Shown here in pieces: positions 32,301 through 42,780 of a DNA stretch of 64,000 bases. Source of the stretch: Desulfuromonadales bacterium (GTDB lineage: Bacteria; Desulfobacterota; Desulfuromonadia; Desulfuromonadales; SZUA-540); the NCBI GenBank assembly GCA_033549025.1, contig JAWSUS010000002.1, positions 192,001 to 256,000 on the forward strand. The letters are read 5' to 3'. The position numbers and the translations under genes are program-made. The number at the start of each line of letters is the position of its first letter. The first letter of the stretch is position 1. Under the pieces are notes generated by a model, which had not been told where the DNA came from, did no database searches, and saw only the letters and a list, made by a program, of their open reading frames with translations.

Positions 32301-32324
32301 ATATCCGTTGTTTATCAACCAGGC

Positions 32325-33914
<1,590 letters not shown>

Positions 33915-34209
33915 GGTTCTGCTCTCCCATTACCTTGGTTCAAAAGGTTTGAAAAGAAAAATCCAACGATTTCAGACAGACGGCACCCTGAAGTTTGGTC
34001 AAAGGTCGCTCGGAAAGGGCACCGCGCCTTCCCATATTTCTTCGAATTTCCCACAAAAGAGACAATGTTATACCCGTAAAAACCCGGTTCTTTTATCAAG
34101 TTTAGCTCAAATAAAAAAGAAAAAATTGCCTTTTACCCTAAATAAAAAAGCAGATCCCCGGCGACAGCGACTTGCCTTCCTGCCACAATCTACAGCTACT
34201 CGCAATTTT

Positions 34210-34626
34210 TCAATCTGACAGAACTTCTGAACGAACCCGCAGGTAGGCGACGATGGACCAGATCTCCTCTTCGCTGAAATGGGCGCCGTAGGCCGGCATA
34301 ACCGAACCCCGGGAAAGATAAGGCTCAACCGTCTTCCCTTTGCGGATCCGCCAGAACAGATAGGCTGGATCGGCCTGACGGTAGGCCGGAGAGGTAAAGT
34401 TTGGGGCGGGAGGATGGAAAAAATCAGCCCGTTGACTGCGCCCTTCCGCCGGCCTGCCGTGGCACTCCGCGCAAAGCTGCCGGAAAAGGCGGCGGCCTTC
34501 CTGCTGGTTTTCCGCCCGCTGCAGATAACCGTCGGGCGGGGTCACCTTGGGGTAGGACGGCCCTCGGTCGCTGCAGGCCACCACCAGCAGAAGGGAGAGC
34601 CCTGAAACGGCGAAACGGCTAACCAT
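34210..34626 (-). CDS. monoheme cytochrome c lipoprotein
   Basis: Lipobox LVVAC; one CAECH; axial Met in SVMPAY; strong RBS; directly after the hydrogenase protease gene. Confidence 0.85.
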   Translation of the reverse strand: MVSRFAVSGLSLLLVVACSDRGPSYPKVTPPDGYLQRAENQQEGRRLFRQLCAECHGRPAEGRSQRADFFHPPAPNFTSPAYRQADPAYLFWRIRKGKTVEPYLSRGSVMPAYGAHFSEEEIWSIVAYLRVRSEVLSD

Positions 34627-34643
34627 GCGCATCCTTTCTCCCT

Positions 34644-35120
34644 TCAGGCGGCGGCCAGAGAGACTCCCCAGGCAGCCAGCTCGTCGGCGACGGCATCCAC
34701 CACCGGCTCCAAGGCCCGGCCGACCGCCGGACTCAGCTGGAGCCCCGGCTCGATTTCTGCGACCTGCACCCCCCAGACCACGACCTCGGGCGGCAGATGT
34801 CCCTGCAGCTCCGCCACTGCGAGCAGATCCTGCAGTCCCATCTGATGCACGGACAGTTTGCCGGCAAAGGCGCGCGGCACCTCCTCGCCGGTCAGGCGCA
34901 CGATCGTTCCCGCCGCCGTCTGCAGGTCAAGGGCGTCCACAATCAGCAGGCGCTGCACCCCTTCGAGCTGGGGGAGCAGGTCAAGACCCAGGGTTCCGCC
35001 ATCGACCACCTGAACCTCCGCCGGAAAGACGAAGCGCTCCTGCAGTCGCCGCACCACATGCACCCCCAGGGCATCGTCCCCCATCAGCAGGTTGCCCAGG
35101 CCCATCACCAGAATGGCCAC
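34644..35120 (-). CDS. hyaD: [NiFe]-hydrogenase maturation endopeptidase (HyaD/HybD family)
   Basis: GLGNLLMGDDALG; DGGTLG; IVDA; SVHQMG. Start set at GTG 35120 with GGGGAG. Confidence 0.92.
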   Translation of the reverse strand: MAILVMGLGNLLMGDDALGVHVVRRLQERFVFPAEVQVVDGGTLGLDLLPQLEGVQRLLIVDALDLQTAAGTIVRLTGEEVPRAFAGKLSVHQMGLQDLLAVAELQGHLPPEVVVWGVQVAEIEPGLQLSPAVGRALEPVVDAVADELAAWGVSLAAA

Positions 35121-35121
35121 C

Positions 35122-35775
35122 TCAGAGTTCTCCCCGGTCAATATACTTGTAGCCGCCGAAGATGCTGCTCATGGTGCCGTTCATCTCCTTCATGTCCATG
35201 AGCCAGGCACTGTAGATGTGGTTGATGACGAAACCGGCCAACAGCCACATCACCAGATGATGAACGAGGCGCAGGGACTGATTGTCGATGAGCAGCCAGA
35301 CCCACCCGAACAGGGAATCGTAGAGACCGCCGGGCGCATACTGGCCGTAGAGCGCGAAGCCGCTGAATATCTGCACGACGAACAGGGTAAAAACGCCGGC
35401 GTACGCCAGAGTGGCCAGAGCGTTGTGGCCGATCTCGTAGGGAATGCGCGAACCGGTGAAGGTGTAGTAGCGGAAAAATTCGAAGCCGTTCTTCTGTCCC
35501 TTGCGGGTGACCAGGGGCATGAACATGCGCCAGGAGGACCATTCGTTGCCCAGGAAAAACCAGATCATGCGGGCCAGCACGGAGAAGGCAAAGAGATAGG
35601 CGAAGACAAAATGGATAAAACGCATCCAGCCCATGATATAGGCGGATGTCGTGTGGGCGCCGACAAACGGATGGCCGATGTAGATGCCGGTGCCGGAAAG
35701 AACCACCACGGATACCGCGTTGATCCAGTGCGTCAACCGAACCGGCAACTCCCAAACATATAGGATGCGGATCAT
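35122..35775 (-). CDS. hyaC: [NiFe]-hydrogenase b-type cytochrome subunit
   Basis: YVWELPVRLTHW..L..TG.YI; RFIHF; HNAL; LVHH; NHIY. Confidence 0.93.
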   Translation of the reverse strand: MIRILYVWELPVRLTHWINAVSVVVLSGTGIYIGHPFVGAHTTSAYIMGWMRFIHFVFAYLFAFSVLARMIWFFLGNEWSSWRMFMPLVTRKGQKNGFEFFRYYTFTGSRIPYEIGHNALATLAYAGVFTLFVVQIFSGFALYGQYAPGGLYDSLFGWVWLLIDNQSLRLVHHLVMWLLAGFVINHIYSAWLMDMKEMNGTMSSIFGGYKYIDRGEL

Positions 35776-35790
35776 GAGCGGGCCTCCTTG

Positions 35791-37503
35791 TCAGAGAACT
35801 TTCACCTTGACGATCTCGCTGCCGCTCCCGTCGAGCACGTGCACCGCACAGGCCAGGCAGGGATCGAAGGAGTGGATGGTGCGCAGGATTTCCAGCGGCT
35901 GCTCCGGATTGGCAATGGGGGTGCCGATCAGGGCCGCCTCGTAGGGCCCCATCTGCCCGAGGGGATCACGCGGGCCGGCGTTCCAGGTGGAGGGCACCAC
36001 GGCCTGAAAATTGGCGATGGCGCCGTTTTTGATGCGGATCCAGTGGCCCAAGGCGCCGCGGGGCGCCTCATGATAGCCGAAGCCCGCCGCCTCTTTCGGC
36101 CAGGTCGAGGGGTCCCATTTTTCGCCGTTGTGCACCTCGAGGATACCGCGCCCCATGTTGTCGGCGAGCTGGTCGAGCCAGCTCTCGTTCTTCTGGGCCA
36201 GCAGCAGGGTCTCGATCCCGCGGGCGGCGGTGCGGCCCAGGGTGGAAAAGAGCACCTCCGGCCCCACATTCAGCTTGCCGAGCACAAAATCGACCACCTG
36301 CTTTACCTCGGGATGGCCCTTGGCGTAGGCGATGACCATGCGCGCCAGCGGGCCGACTTCCATGGGCTGGTCGAGATAGCGGGGGGATTTGACCCAGGAA
36401 TATTTGGCCTCGGTGTCGAGAAAATCGTAGGGGGGCTTAGGCCCCGTGTACTTGTGCGCGGTTTCACCGTCGTAAGGATGCAGCCCCTTGTCGTCGCCGG
36501 CCTGATAGCTGTACCAGGAATGGGTGACGTATTCGGCGATCTTGGCCTGGTCCATCTCCAGCACATTGGCCAGGTCTTTGCCCAGCACGACGCCGCGCGG
36601 AAACCAGTTGGCCTCCGTGCTGCCACTATTGTCGAGAGGAAAATCCCCATAGGTGAGGAAGTTGCCCACCCCGCCGCCGATGCCGGCCCAGTCCTTGTAG
36701 AAAGAGGCCACGGCCAGCAGATCGGGGATGTAGACCTGCTCGACGAAAGTCCGGGCCTTGCGTAGCAGCTTGCGGATGAAGGCGATCTTGTCTGCGTTGA
36801 GGGCATTCTGGCTGTCGGGATCGACGGGGATGGACATGCCACCCACCAGGAACGTCTGCGGATGGGGGTTTTTGGAGCCGAGAATGGCGTGGATCTTGAT
36901 GATGTCCTTCTGCCATTCCAATGCTTCGAGATAGTGAGCCACCGCCATGAGGTTGGCTTCCGGCGGCAGGCGATAGGCGCTGTGCCCCCAGTAGGCGTTG
37001 GCGAAAGGCCCCAGGCGGCCGGTGCCGACGAAAGCGGCGATGCGCTCCTGGATCGCCTTGAAGTAGGCGGTCCCCGATACCGGCCAGTCGGAGAGGGATT
37101 GGGCCAGCCTGGCGGTCGCGGCCGGGTCGGCTTTGAGGGCGCCGGTAATATCGACCCAGTCGAGGGCATGCAGGTGATAAAAGTGGATCACATGGTCCTG
37201 CACATTCTGGATGCCCATGATCAGGTTCCGGATCAGGCGGGCGTTATCGGGGATCTGAATCCCCAGGGCATCTTCCACGCAGCGAATGCTGGCCATGGAA
37301 TGTACCGTGGTGCAAACGCCGCAAAAGCGCTGGGTAAAATGATGCGCGTCCCGGGGGTCCCGCCCCTTGAGGATGGTTTCGATGCCGCGAAAGGCGGTGG
37401 AGGAGCTCCAGGCATTGGCGATGCGGCCATCCTCCAGTTGGGCCTCGATGCGCAGGTGCCCTTCGATGCGGGTGATCGGATCAACGACGATCTTCTTGGC
37501 CAT
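35791..37503 (-). CDS. hyaB: group 1 [NiFe]-hydrogenase large subunit
   Basis: DPITRIEGHL; L1 motif RFCGVC; L2 motif SFDPCLACAVH followed by a cleavable C-terminal tail. Confidence 0.96.
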   Translation of the reverse strand: MAKKIVVDPITRIEGHLRIEAQLEDGRIANAWSSSTAFRGIETILKGRDPRDAHHFTQRFCGVCTTVHSMASIRCVEDALGIQIPDNARLIRNLIMGIQNVQDHVIHFYHLHALDWVDITGALKADPAATARLAQSLSDWPVSGTAYFKAIQERIAAFVGTGRLGPFANAYWGHSAYRLPPEANLMAVAHYLEALEWQKDIIKIHAILGSKNPHPQTFLVGGMSIPVDPDSQNALNADKIAFIRKLLRKARTFVEQVYIPDLLAVASFYKDWAGIGGGVGNFLTYGDFPLDNSGSTEANWFPRGVVLGKDLANVLEMDQAKIAEYVTHSWYSYQAGDDKGLHPYDGETAHKYTGPKPPYDFLDTEAKYSWVKSPRYLDQPMEVGPLARMVIAYAKGHPEVKQVVDFVLGKLNVGPEVLFSTLGRTAARGIETLLLAQKNESWLDQLADNMGRGILEVHNGEKWDPSTWPKEAAGFGYHEAPRGALGHWIRIKNGAIANFQAVVPSTWNAGPRDPLGQMGPYEAALIGTPIANPEQPLEILRTIHSFDPCLACAVHVLDGSGSEIVKVKVL

Positions 37504-37506
37504 GGC

Positions 37507-38634
37507 CTACTCCTCCTTGTCCCTTTGCACGAGGTTGTCCGATTTGAAGGCATGCCCCTTGCGAAAAGCACTGGCCACGCCATGGGCAGCAAAGGCCGCC
37601 GCCGTTCCCACCGCCAGGCCCACACCGATCTGGTCGGCCGTCACCTCGACCCCGAAGCCCGGCACCTGCGGCAGACGACGGTAGAAGGGGGTCATGGTAT
37701 CCCAGAAACCGGGCTCGGCACAGCCGATGCAGCCGTGACCGGCCATGACCGGCCAGCTGGTGCCCTCGTTGTAGCGAATGGTTGGACAGTTGTGAAAAGT
37801 CTCGGGGCCTTTGCACCCGAGCTTGTACAGGCAGAAACCCTTGCGATGCCCCTCGTCACCGAAGGCCTCGGCGTACTGGCCCGCATCGAAATGGCTGCGA
37901 CGCTCACAGTTGTCGTGAATGCGTTTGCCGTAGGCAAAGAGGGGGCGGCCGAGACGGTCGGTGGCCGGCAGGCGGCTGAAGGTCAGGAAATGGACGATGG
38001 TGGCGGTGAGGTTGTCGACATTCAGAGGACAGCCCGGCAGGTTGATGACGGTGGCGCCGGGGACGGCCTCCTGCACCGAGATGGCACCGGTGGGGTTGGG
38101 GGCGGCGGCCGGCAGTCCGCCAAAGGTGGCGCAGTTGCCCACGGCGATGGTGGCCGCGGCATTGCCGCACACCTTGCGGGCGATGTTCAGGGCGCTGTCG
38201 CCGGCGATGGTGCAGTAGACGCCGCCATCCCCGGCGGGAATGGACCCTTCAACCACGGCAATATACTGGCCCTTGTATTTCTCCATGGCCTGGTGCTTGG
38301 CTTCCTCCGCCTGCTGACCCGCAGCGGCCATGATGGTCTCGTGATACTCCACGGAGAGCAGGTCGAGGAGGATCTCCGCCACAGTCGGCTGATTGGCCCG
38401 CAACAGAGCCTCCGTATCCCCGGTGCACCCCTGGAACTCCACCCAGATCACCGGCACCCGCAGATCTTCCAGCGCCTCGGCCACCCGGGGGACAAAGGAC
38501 AACGGCAGCGCCAGCGTCGCCGTCATCCCCGTGCAGAACTTGATAAAATCACGGCGACTGACACCGCGCGTCTCCCACTTCTGCAGGATCTCCTCCGGCA
38601 GAACAACGGCTTCAGAGGAAAAGTCTTCTTTCAT
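37507..38634 (-). CDS. hyaA: group 1 [NiFe]-hydrogenase small subunit (Tat-exported, membrane-anchored)
   Basis: Tat motif SRRDFIK; Fe-S motifs CTGD, GNCA, PGCP, HDNC, CLYKLGC, WPV..GHGCIGC; C-terminal TM helix. Confidence 0.96.
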   Translation of the reverse strand: MKEDFSSEAVVLPEEILQKWETRGVSRRDFIKFCTGMTATLALPLSFVPRVAEALEDLRVPVIWVEFQGCTGDTEALLRANQPTVAEILLDLLSVEYHETIMAAAGQQAEEAKHQAMEKYKGQYIAVVEGSIPAGDGGVYCTIAGDSALNIARKVCGNAAATIAVGNCATFGGLPAAAPNPTGAISVQEAVPGATVINLPGCPLNVDNLTATIVHFLTFSRLPATDRLGRPLFAYGKRIHDNCERRSHFDAGQYAEAFGDEGHRKGFCLYKLGCKGPETFHNCPTIRYNEGTSWPVMAGHGCIGCAEPGFWDTMTPFYRRLPQVPGFGVEVTADQIGVGLAVGTAAAFAAHGVASAFRKGHAFKSDNLVQRDKEE

Positions 38635-38727
38635 CAGCCCGGCCTCCTCAATTCAAGGTAAAAAAGCAGTGTTCGCATCACCCTAAGCTTCAGACAACAG
38701 CCATCACCCTTTAATCCCAACCCTTCC

Positions 38728-38754
38728 ATTATAGCGGCCCGACCTTCATGTCAA
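38728..38754 (-). promoter_or_regulatory. sigma70-like promoter of the hydrogenase operon (short spacer)
   Basis: Minus strand TTGACA-N15-TATAAT. Confidence 0.5.
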
Positions 38755-38889
38755 GCTTTCACCGGACATTTGTCTCCCCTCTTCGACCTTCCCATTAAGC
38801 CGTTGATCTTAAATGGTTATTTTTCCCATTTACGGACACCTCGCCGGACAGACTGGCGCCTCAGGCCATCTATACAAGAAAGCCTTTGC

Positions 38890-38898
38890 TGTTATACT
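38890..38898 (+). promoter_or_regulatory. extended -10 promoter element for the BCAM0308-archease-rtcB operon
   Basis: TGTTATACT about 40 bp upstream of ATG 38940. Confidence 0.55.
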
Positions 38899-38939
38899 GA
38901 TTTCAGCCTTCACACATGCAGCAGAAAGGGGGAGCGAAC

Positions 38940-39458
38940 ATGCAAAAAGACGTGGGAAAATTCGGCATCAGTGACAAGCGCGGCAGGGTCAAAACGAGTT
39001 CGGATCCTTACATCCCCGAAGAGGGGCGCAAGGAACCATCGCTCTGCAGTGGCTGCAAGGCCGTGTATAAAAACAAGCGGTGGACCTTTGATCCCGACTT
39101 CTACGAAACGGCCAGCAAGGACTCCGGCTCGCACTGGGTCACCTGCCCGGCCTGCCAGAAAATCGAGCAGAAATACGCAGAAGGCGTCGTGACCCTGCGC
39201 GGCAGTTACCTCTGGGAGCATGAAGAGGAAATCCGCAACATTCTCAAGAATGAAGAAACCAGGGCGATGGCCAAAAATCCCCTGGAGCGCATCATCCAGA
39301 TCAGCCGGCAGGACGACGCCCTGGTTGTGGAGACCACCGAGGAGAAGCTGGCGGAACATCTGGGCAGGGCTCTGCACAAGGCCCACCAGGGTGAGATCAA
39401 TGTCTCCTGGACGGAAGACCACGCCAGATGCCGCGTCACCTGGGAACGCGAAGGATAA
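38940..39458 (+). CDS. BCAM0308-family zinc-finger protein (NMD3-like)
   Basis: CSGC...CPAC pair; G.VTLRG; EI.NIL.NEE..NPLERI; VETT.EKLAEHLGRALHKAHQG; RBS GGGGGAG. Confidence 0.8.
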   Translation: MQKDVGKFGISDKRGRVKTSSDPYIPEEGRKEPSLCSGCKAVYKNKRWTFDPDFYETASKDSGSHWVTCPACQKIEQKYAEGVVTLRGSYLWEHEEEIRNILKNEETRAMAKNPLERIIQISRQDDALVVETTEEKLAEHLGRALHKAHQGEINVSWTEDHARCRVTWEREG

Positions 39459-39551
39459 AGACTTGGCCAACCGATCCGCGCAAAGCAACCGCTTCCTTTT
39501 CTCTTCGACCCTTCTTTGCGCTTCGCGGCCAGCGGATGGCCAGGGGTGAGC

Positions 39552-39968
39552 ATGTCCTCCTACCGTCTCCTGGAACATACGGCCGACATGGGCATCGAGG
39601 CGACCGCCGCGACCCTGGAGGAGCTCTATGCGCAGGCCGCCAAAGGACTCATCGCCATTATTTTCGGTGACAGCTGCGGCCCGGCGCTGAGTGACCGCGT
39701 CATCGAACTGGACGGCAGCGACCTCGCCGACCTGCTGGTTCGCTGGCTCAATGAGATTCTCTACCTTGTCGAAGTGGAGCACTTCCTTCCCTGCCAGTTC
39801 ACCCTCGACCCCATCCGGAACCATCACCTGCGGGGCCATGTACGGGGCTTCCAATTTGATGTGGAGGGCGTCCAGGCGGAAAGGGAGGTCAAGGCCATCA
39901 CCTATCACCAGCTCGAGGTTCGCCGCCAGGCTGCGGGCTGGCTGGCTCGGGTCTACGTCGACCTGTGA
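39552..39968 (+). CDS. archease (RtcB activator)
   Basis: Y..LEHTADMGI; LL..WLNEILY; EVKAITYH; C-terminal VDL. Confidence 0.94.
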   Translation: MSSYRLLEHTADMGIEATAATLEELYAQAAKGLIAIIFGDSCGPALSDRVIELDGSDLADLLVRWLNEILYLVEVEHFLPCQFTLDPIRNHHLRGHVRGFQFDVEGVQAEREVKAITYHQLEVRRQAAGWLARVYVDL

Positions 39969-39979
39969 GAGATGGAAAG

Positions 39980-41422
39980 ATGAGCGTTAAAATCGAGCGC
40001 ATCGATGCCTGCCGCTGGCGCATTCCCCGGGAAGGAGACATGCGCACCGAGGGGCTGGTCTTCGCCAGCGAGAAGATGATCGATTTCCTGCGCCAGGAGC
40101 AGGCCCTCGAACAGGTACGCAACGTCGCCACCCTGCCCGGCATTGTCGGCCCCTCCATCGCCATGCCGGACATTCACTGGGGCTACGGCTTTCCCATCGG
40201 CGGTGTCGCCGCCTTTTCGGCGGACGAGGGAGTCGTTTCCCCCGGCGGGGTCGGCTACGACATCAACTGCGGCGTACGCCTGTTGCGTAGCAGTCTTACC
40301 GTGGCGGAGATTCGGCCCGTCGCCCAACAACTGGCCGATACGCTCTTTCGCAACATCCCCTCCGGGATCGGCTCCTGCCGCCAGGATCTCAAACTCAACT
40401 CATCCCAGGAGCTCAAGGTTCTGCGCCAGGGGGCCCGCTGGGCCGTGGAGCACGGCTTCGGCAACGAAGAGGATTTGCTCCACATCGAAGAGGGCGGCAC
40501 CCTTGCCGGCGCCGACCCCGAACTGATTTCCGTTCGGGCCCTCGAACGCGGCCGCGCCCAGCTCGGCACTTTGGGCAGCGGCAATCACTTTCTCGAGGTA
40601 CAGGAGGTGGAAACGATCGAGGATCCGGCCGCGGCAGAGGCTCTCGGCCTTTTCCCGGGGCAGATGACCGTCACCATCCACACAGGCAGCCGGGGACTGG
40701 GCTACCAGGTGTGCGACGACTACCTGCGCCTCATGCAGAAGGCCAGCCAGAAATACGGCATCCATCTTCCCGACCGCCAGCTCTGCTGTGCGCCTCTGTC
40801 CAGCCCGGAAGGCAAGCAGTACCTGGCCGCCATGGCCTGCGCCGCCAACTTCGCCTTCGCCAACCGGCAGCTGATTACCGCCTGGGTGCGGGAATCTTTC
40901 GAGCAGGTGACGGGCAAGGGACCGGGCGACTTGCGCCTCTCCGTTATCTATGATGTCTGTCACAACATTGCCAAGTGGGAGAAACATCCCGTCAAGGGCC
41001 GGGAGATAACCCTGTGCGTCCACCGCAAGGGAGCCACCCGCGCTTTTCCGCCTGGCCATCCCGACACTCCGGCGCTCTACCGGCACATCGGTCAGCCGGT
41101 GCTGATCCCCGGCGACATGGGTCGCTATTCCTATGTTCTGGTGGGGACGCAGGCGGGCTTTGAAGAGACTTTCGGGTCGACGTGCCACGGGGCCGGCCGC
41201 CTTATGTCCCGGCATGCCGCCAAACGTGTCGCCCGCGGCCGCAACATCGAGGCGGAACTGGCCAGACAGGGTATCCTCATTCGGGCCGCCGGGCGGGCCA
41301 CAGTGGCGGAAGAGATTCCGGAGGCCTACAAGGATGTCATGGAGGTGGTCGATGTGGTGCAGCAGGCGGGGATCGGTAAAATCGTGGCCCGGCTGCGGCC
41401 TGTCGTCGTCATCAAAGGCTGA
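39980..41422 (+). CDS. rtcB: RNA 3'-phosphate/5'-OH ligase RtcB (archaeal/eukaryotic-like long form)
   Basis: MPDIHWGYGFPIGGV; GYDINCGVR; GTLGSGNHFLE; HTGSRGLG; HNIAK; HRKGAT; IPGDMG; STCHGAGR; EE.PEAYKDV. Confidence 0.97.
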   Translation: MSVKIERIDACRWRIPREGDMRTEGLVFASEKMIDFLRQEQALEQVRNVATLPGIVGPSIAMPDIHWGYGFPIGGVAAFSADEGVVSPGGVGYDINCGVRLLRSSLTVAEIRPVAQQLADTLFRNIPSGIGSCRQDLKLNSSQELKVLRQGARWAVEHGFGNEEDLLHIEEGGTLAGADPELISVRALERGRAQLGTLGSGNHFLEVQEVETIEDPAAAEALGLFPGQMTVTIHTGSRGLGYQVCDDYLRLMQKASQKYGIHLPDRQLCCAPLSSPEGKQYLAAMACAANFAFANRQLITAWVRESFEQVTGKGPGDLRLSVIYDVCHNIAKWEKHPVKGREITLCVHRKGATRAFPPGHPDTPALYRHIGQPVLIPGDMGRYSYVLVGTQAGFEETFGSTCHGAGRLMSRHAAKRVARGRNIEAELARQGILIRAAGRATVAEEIPEAYKDVMEVVDVVQQAGIGKIVARLRPVVVIKG

Positions 41423-41458
41423 TTTCAGCCTGGAGTGATCTAAAAGAGGGGGATTTTC

Positions 41459-42355
41459 ATGAAAGTATTCGTTACCGGAGGAACGGGATTTGTCGGCACC
41501 GAGATCATCCGCCAGCTCACCGCGGCCGGGCATACGGCCCGCTGTCTGGTCAGGCCGGGGTCGGAACACAAGATGGAGATTCTGAAGGGTGTGGAAATCC
41601 GGCATGGCGACGCCAGCCAACCGGAGACCCTCGTGGACGCCTTAAAAGGCTGTGACGGGGTAATCCACCTCATCGGCATCATTCGCGAATTTCCCCACAA
41701 GGGAATCACTTTCAAAAAACTGCACGTCGAAGCAACCCGCCACATTCTGCAGGCGGCCAGGGAACAGGGCGTCGGCCGTTTCGTGCATATGAGTTCCAAC
41801 GGTACGCGAGAGGGGGCGACCAGCGACTATCACCAAAGCAAATGGGCGGCCGAAGAACTGGTGCGGGATTCCGGCCTCGACTGGACCATCTTCCGCCCCT
41901 CGGTCATCTTCGGTCCCGGTGACCAGTTCATCAACATGCTTGCCGACATGATGCACAAGTTCCCTGTCATGCCCGTCATCGGTGACGGCGCCTACCGCAT
42001 GTCCCCCGTCGCCGTCGAGGATGTGGCCAAGGGCTTCATCCAAAGCCTCAAACTGCCAGAAGCCAGCAGCCAGGTCTACCATTGCTGCGGTCCCCAGGCC
42101 CTTACCTACGATGAGATTCTCGACGAGATCGGGCGGGCTCTCGGCAAAACGTCCGTGGCCAAGCTCCACCATCCCCTCTGCCTCATGAAGCCGGTGGTCG
42201 GCCTACTGGACGGCTTTTCCTGGTTCCCTCTCACCCGCAACCAGTTGGCCATGATGCTTGAGGGCAACGTCTGCGACCCCGAACCCTGGGCCCAAACCTT
42301 CGGAATCAAGCCGACCCCTCTGGCTGAAGGCATCGGCCGCTATCTGTCGTCCTGA
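41459..42355 (+). CDS. NDUFA9-like atypical SDR (NAD(P)-binding Rossmann protein)
   Basis: TGGTGFVG; IHLIGIIRE; F..LHVEAT; YHQSK; RPSVIFG. Confidence 0.88.
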   Translation: MKVFVTGGTGFVGTEIIRQLTAAGHTARCLVRPGSEHKMEILKGVEIRHGDASQPETLVDALKGCDGVIHLIGIIREFPHKGITFKKLHVEATRHILQAAREQGVGRFVHMSSNGTREGATSDYHQSKWAAEELVRDSGLDWTIFRPSVIFGPGDQFINMLADMMHKFPVMPVIGDGAYRMSPVAVEDVAKGFIQSLKLPEASSQVYHCCGPQALTYDEILDEIGRALGKTSVAKLHHPLCLMKPVVGLLDGFSWFPLTRNQLAMMLEGNVCDPEPWAQTFGIKPTPLAEGIGRYLSS

Positions 42356-42358
42356 GGT

Positions 42359-42742
42359 TTATTTCGCCTCTTCCTGCCGCCGGGAGTCCAGGTACTGACG
42401 GATCCCGGCCTGCAGGGCACTGGCAATCAGGTTGGAGCAGTGTTCCTTCTCTGCGGGCAATCCGCCGAGGGCCGCAGTCACTTCGGCATCCCCGAGCGCC
42501 AGAGCCTCAGCCAGAGTTTTCCCTTTGACCAGCTCGCTTCCCATGGACGAGGTGGCGATAGCCGCCCCGCAGCCATAAATCTTGTAGCGGATATCGACCA
42601 GGCGGTCGTCCTCGATTTTGAGCGTGAGCAACAGCGAGTCCCCGCACCCAGGGTCGCCCACCTGCACCAGCACGGTGGGGTCGTCGATAATCCCCACATT
42701 GCGTGGATTGTTGAAATGATCCAGCACCGCTTCGGTATACAT
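42359..42742 (-). CDS. NifU/IscU N-terminal-type Fe-S scaffold protein
   Basis: YT..VLDHF.NPRNVG; GCGD; YGCGAAIATSS; LGGLP.EK.HCS. Confidence 0.92.
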   Translation of the reverse strand: MYTEAVLDHFNNPRNVGIIDDPTVLVQVGDPGCGDSLLLTLKIEDDRLVDIRYKIYGCGAAIATSSMGSELVKGKTLAEALALGDAEVTAALGGLPAEKEHCSNLIASALQAGIRQYLDSRRQEEAK

Positions 42743-42780
42743 ATTCCGGCTCTCCAACCCTTCCCCGTGATGGCCGCCAG

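Noticed and set aside
35791..35880. Possible selenocysteine ([NiFeSe]) hydrogenase
   Set aside because: The L2 motif is DPCLAC with Cys codons and no in-frame TGA.
39465..39542. Resemblance to a c-di-GMP-I (GEMM) riboswitch (CGCAAAGC ... AGCGG)
   Set aside because: Lacks the GNRA-capped P1 hairpin and the CUAA tetraloop receptor; kept only as a generic structured element.
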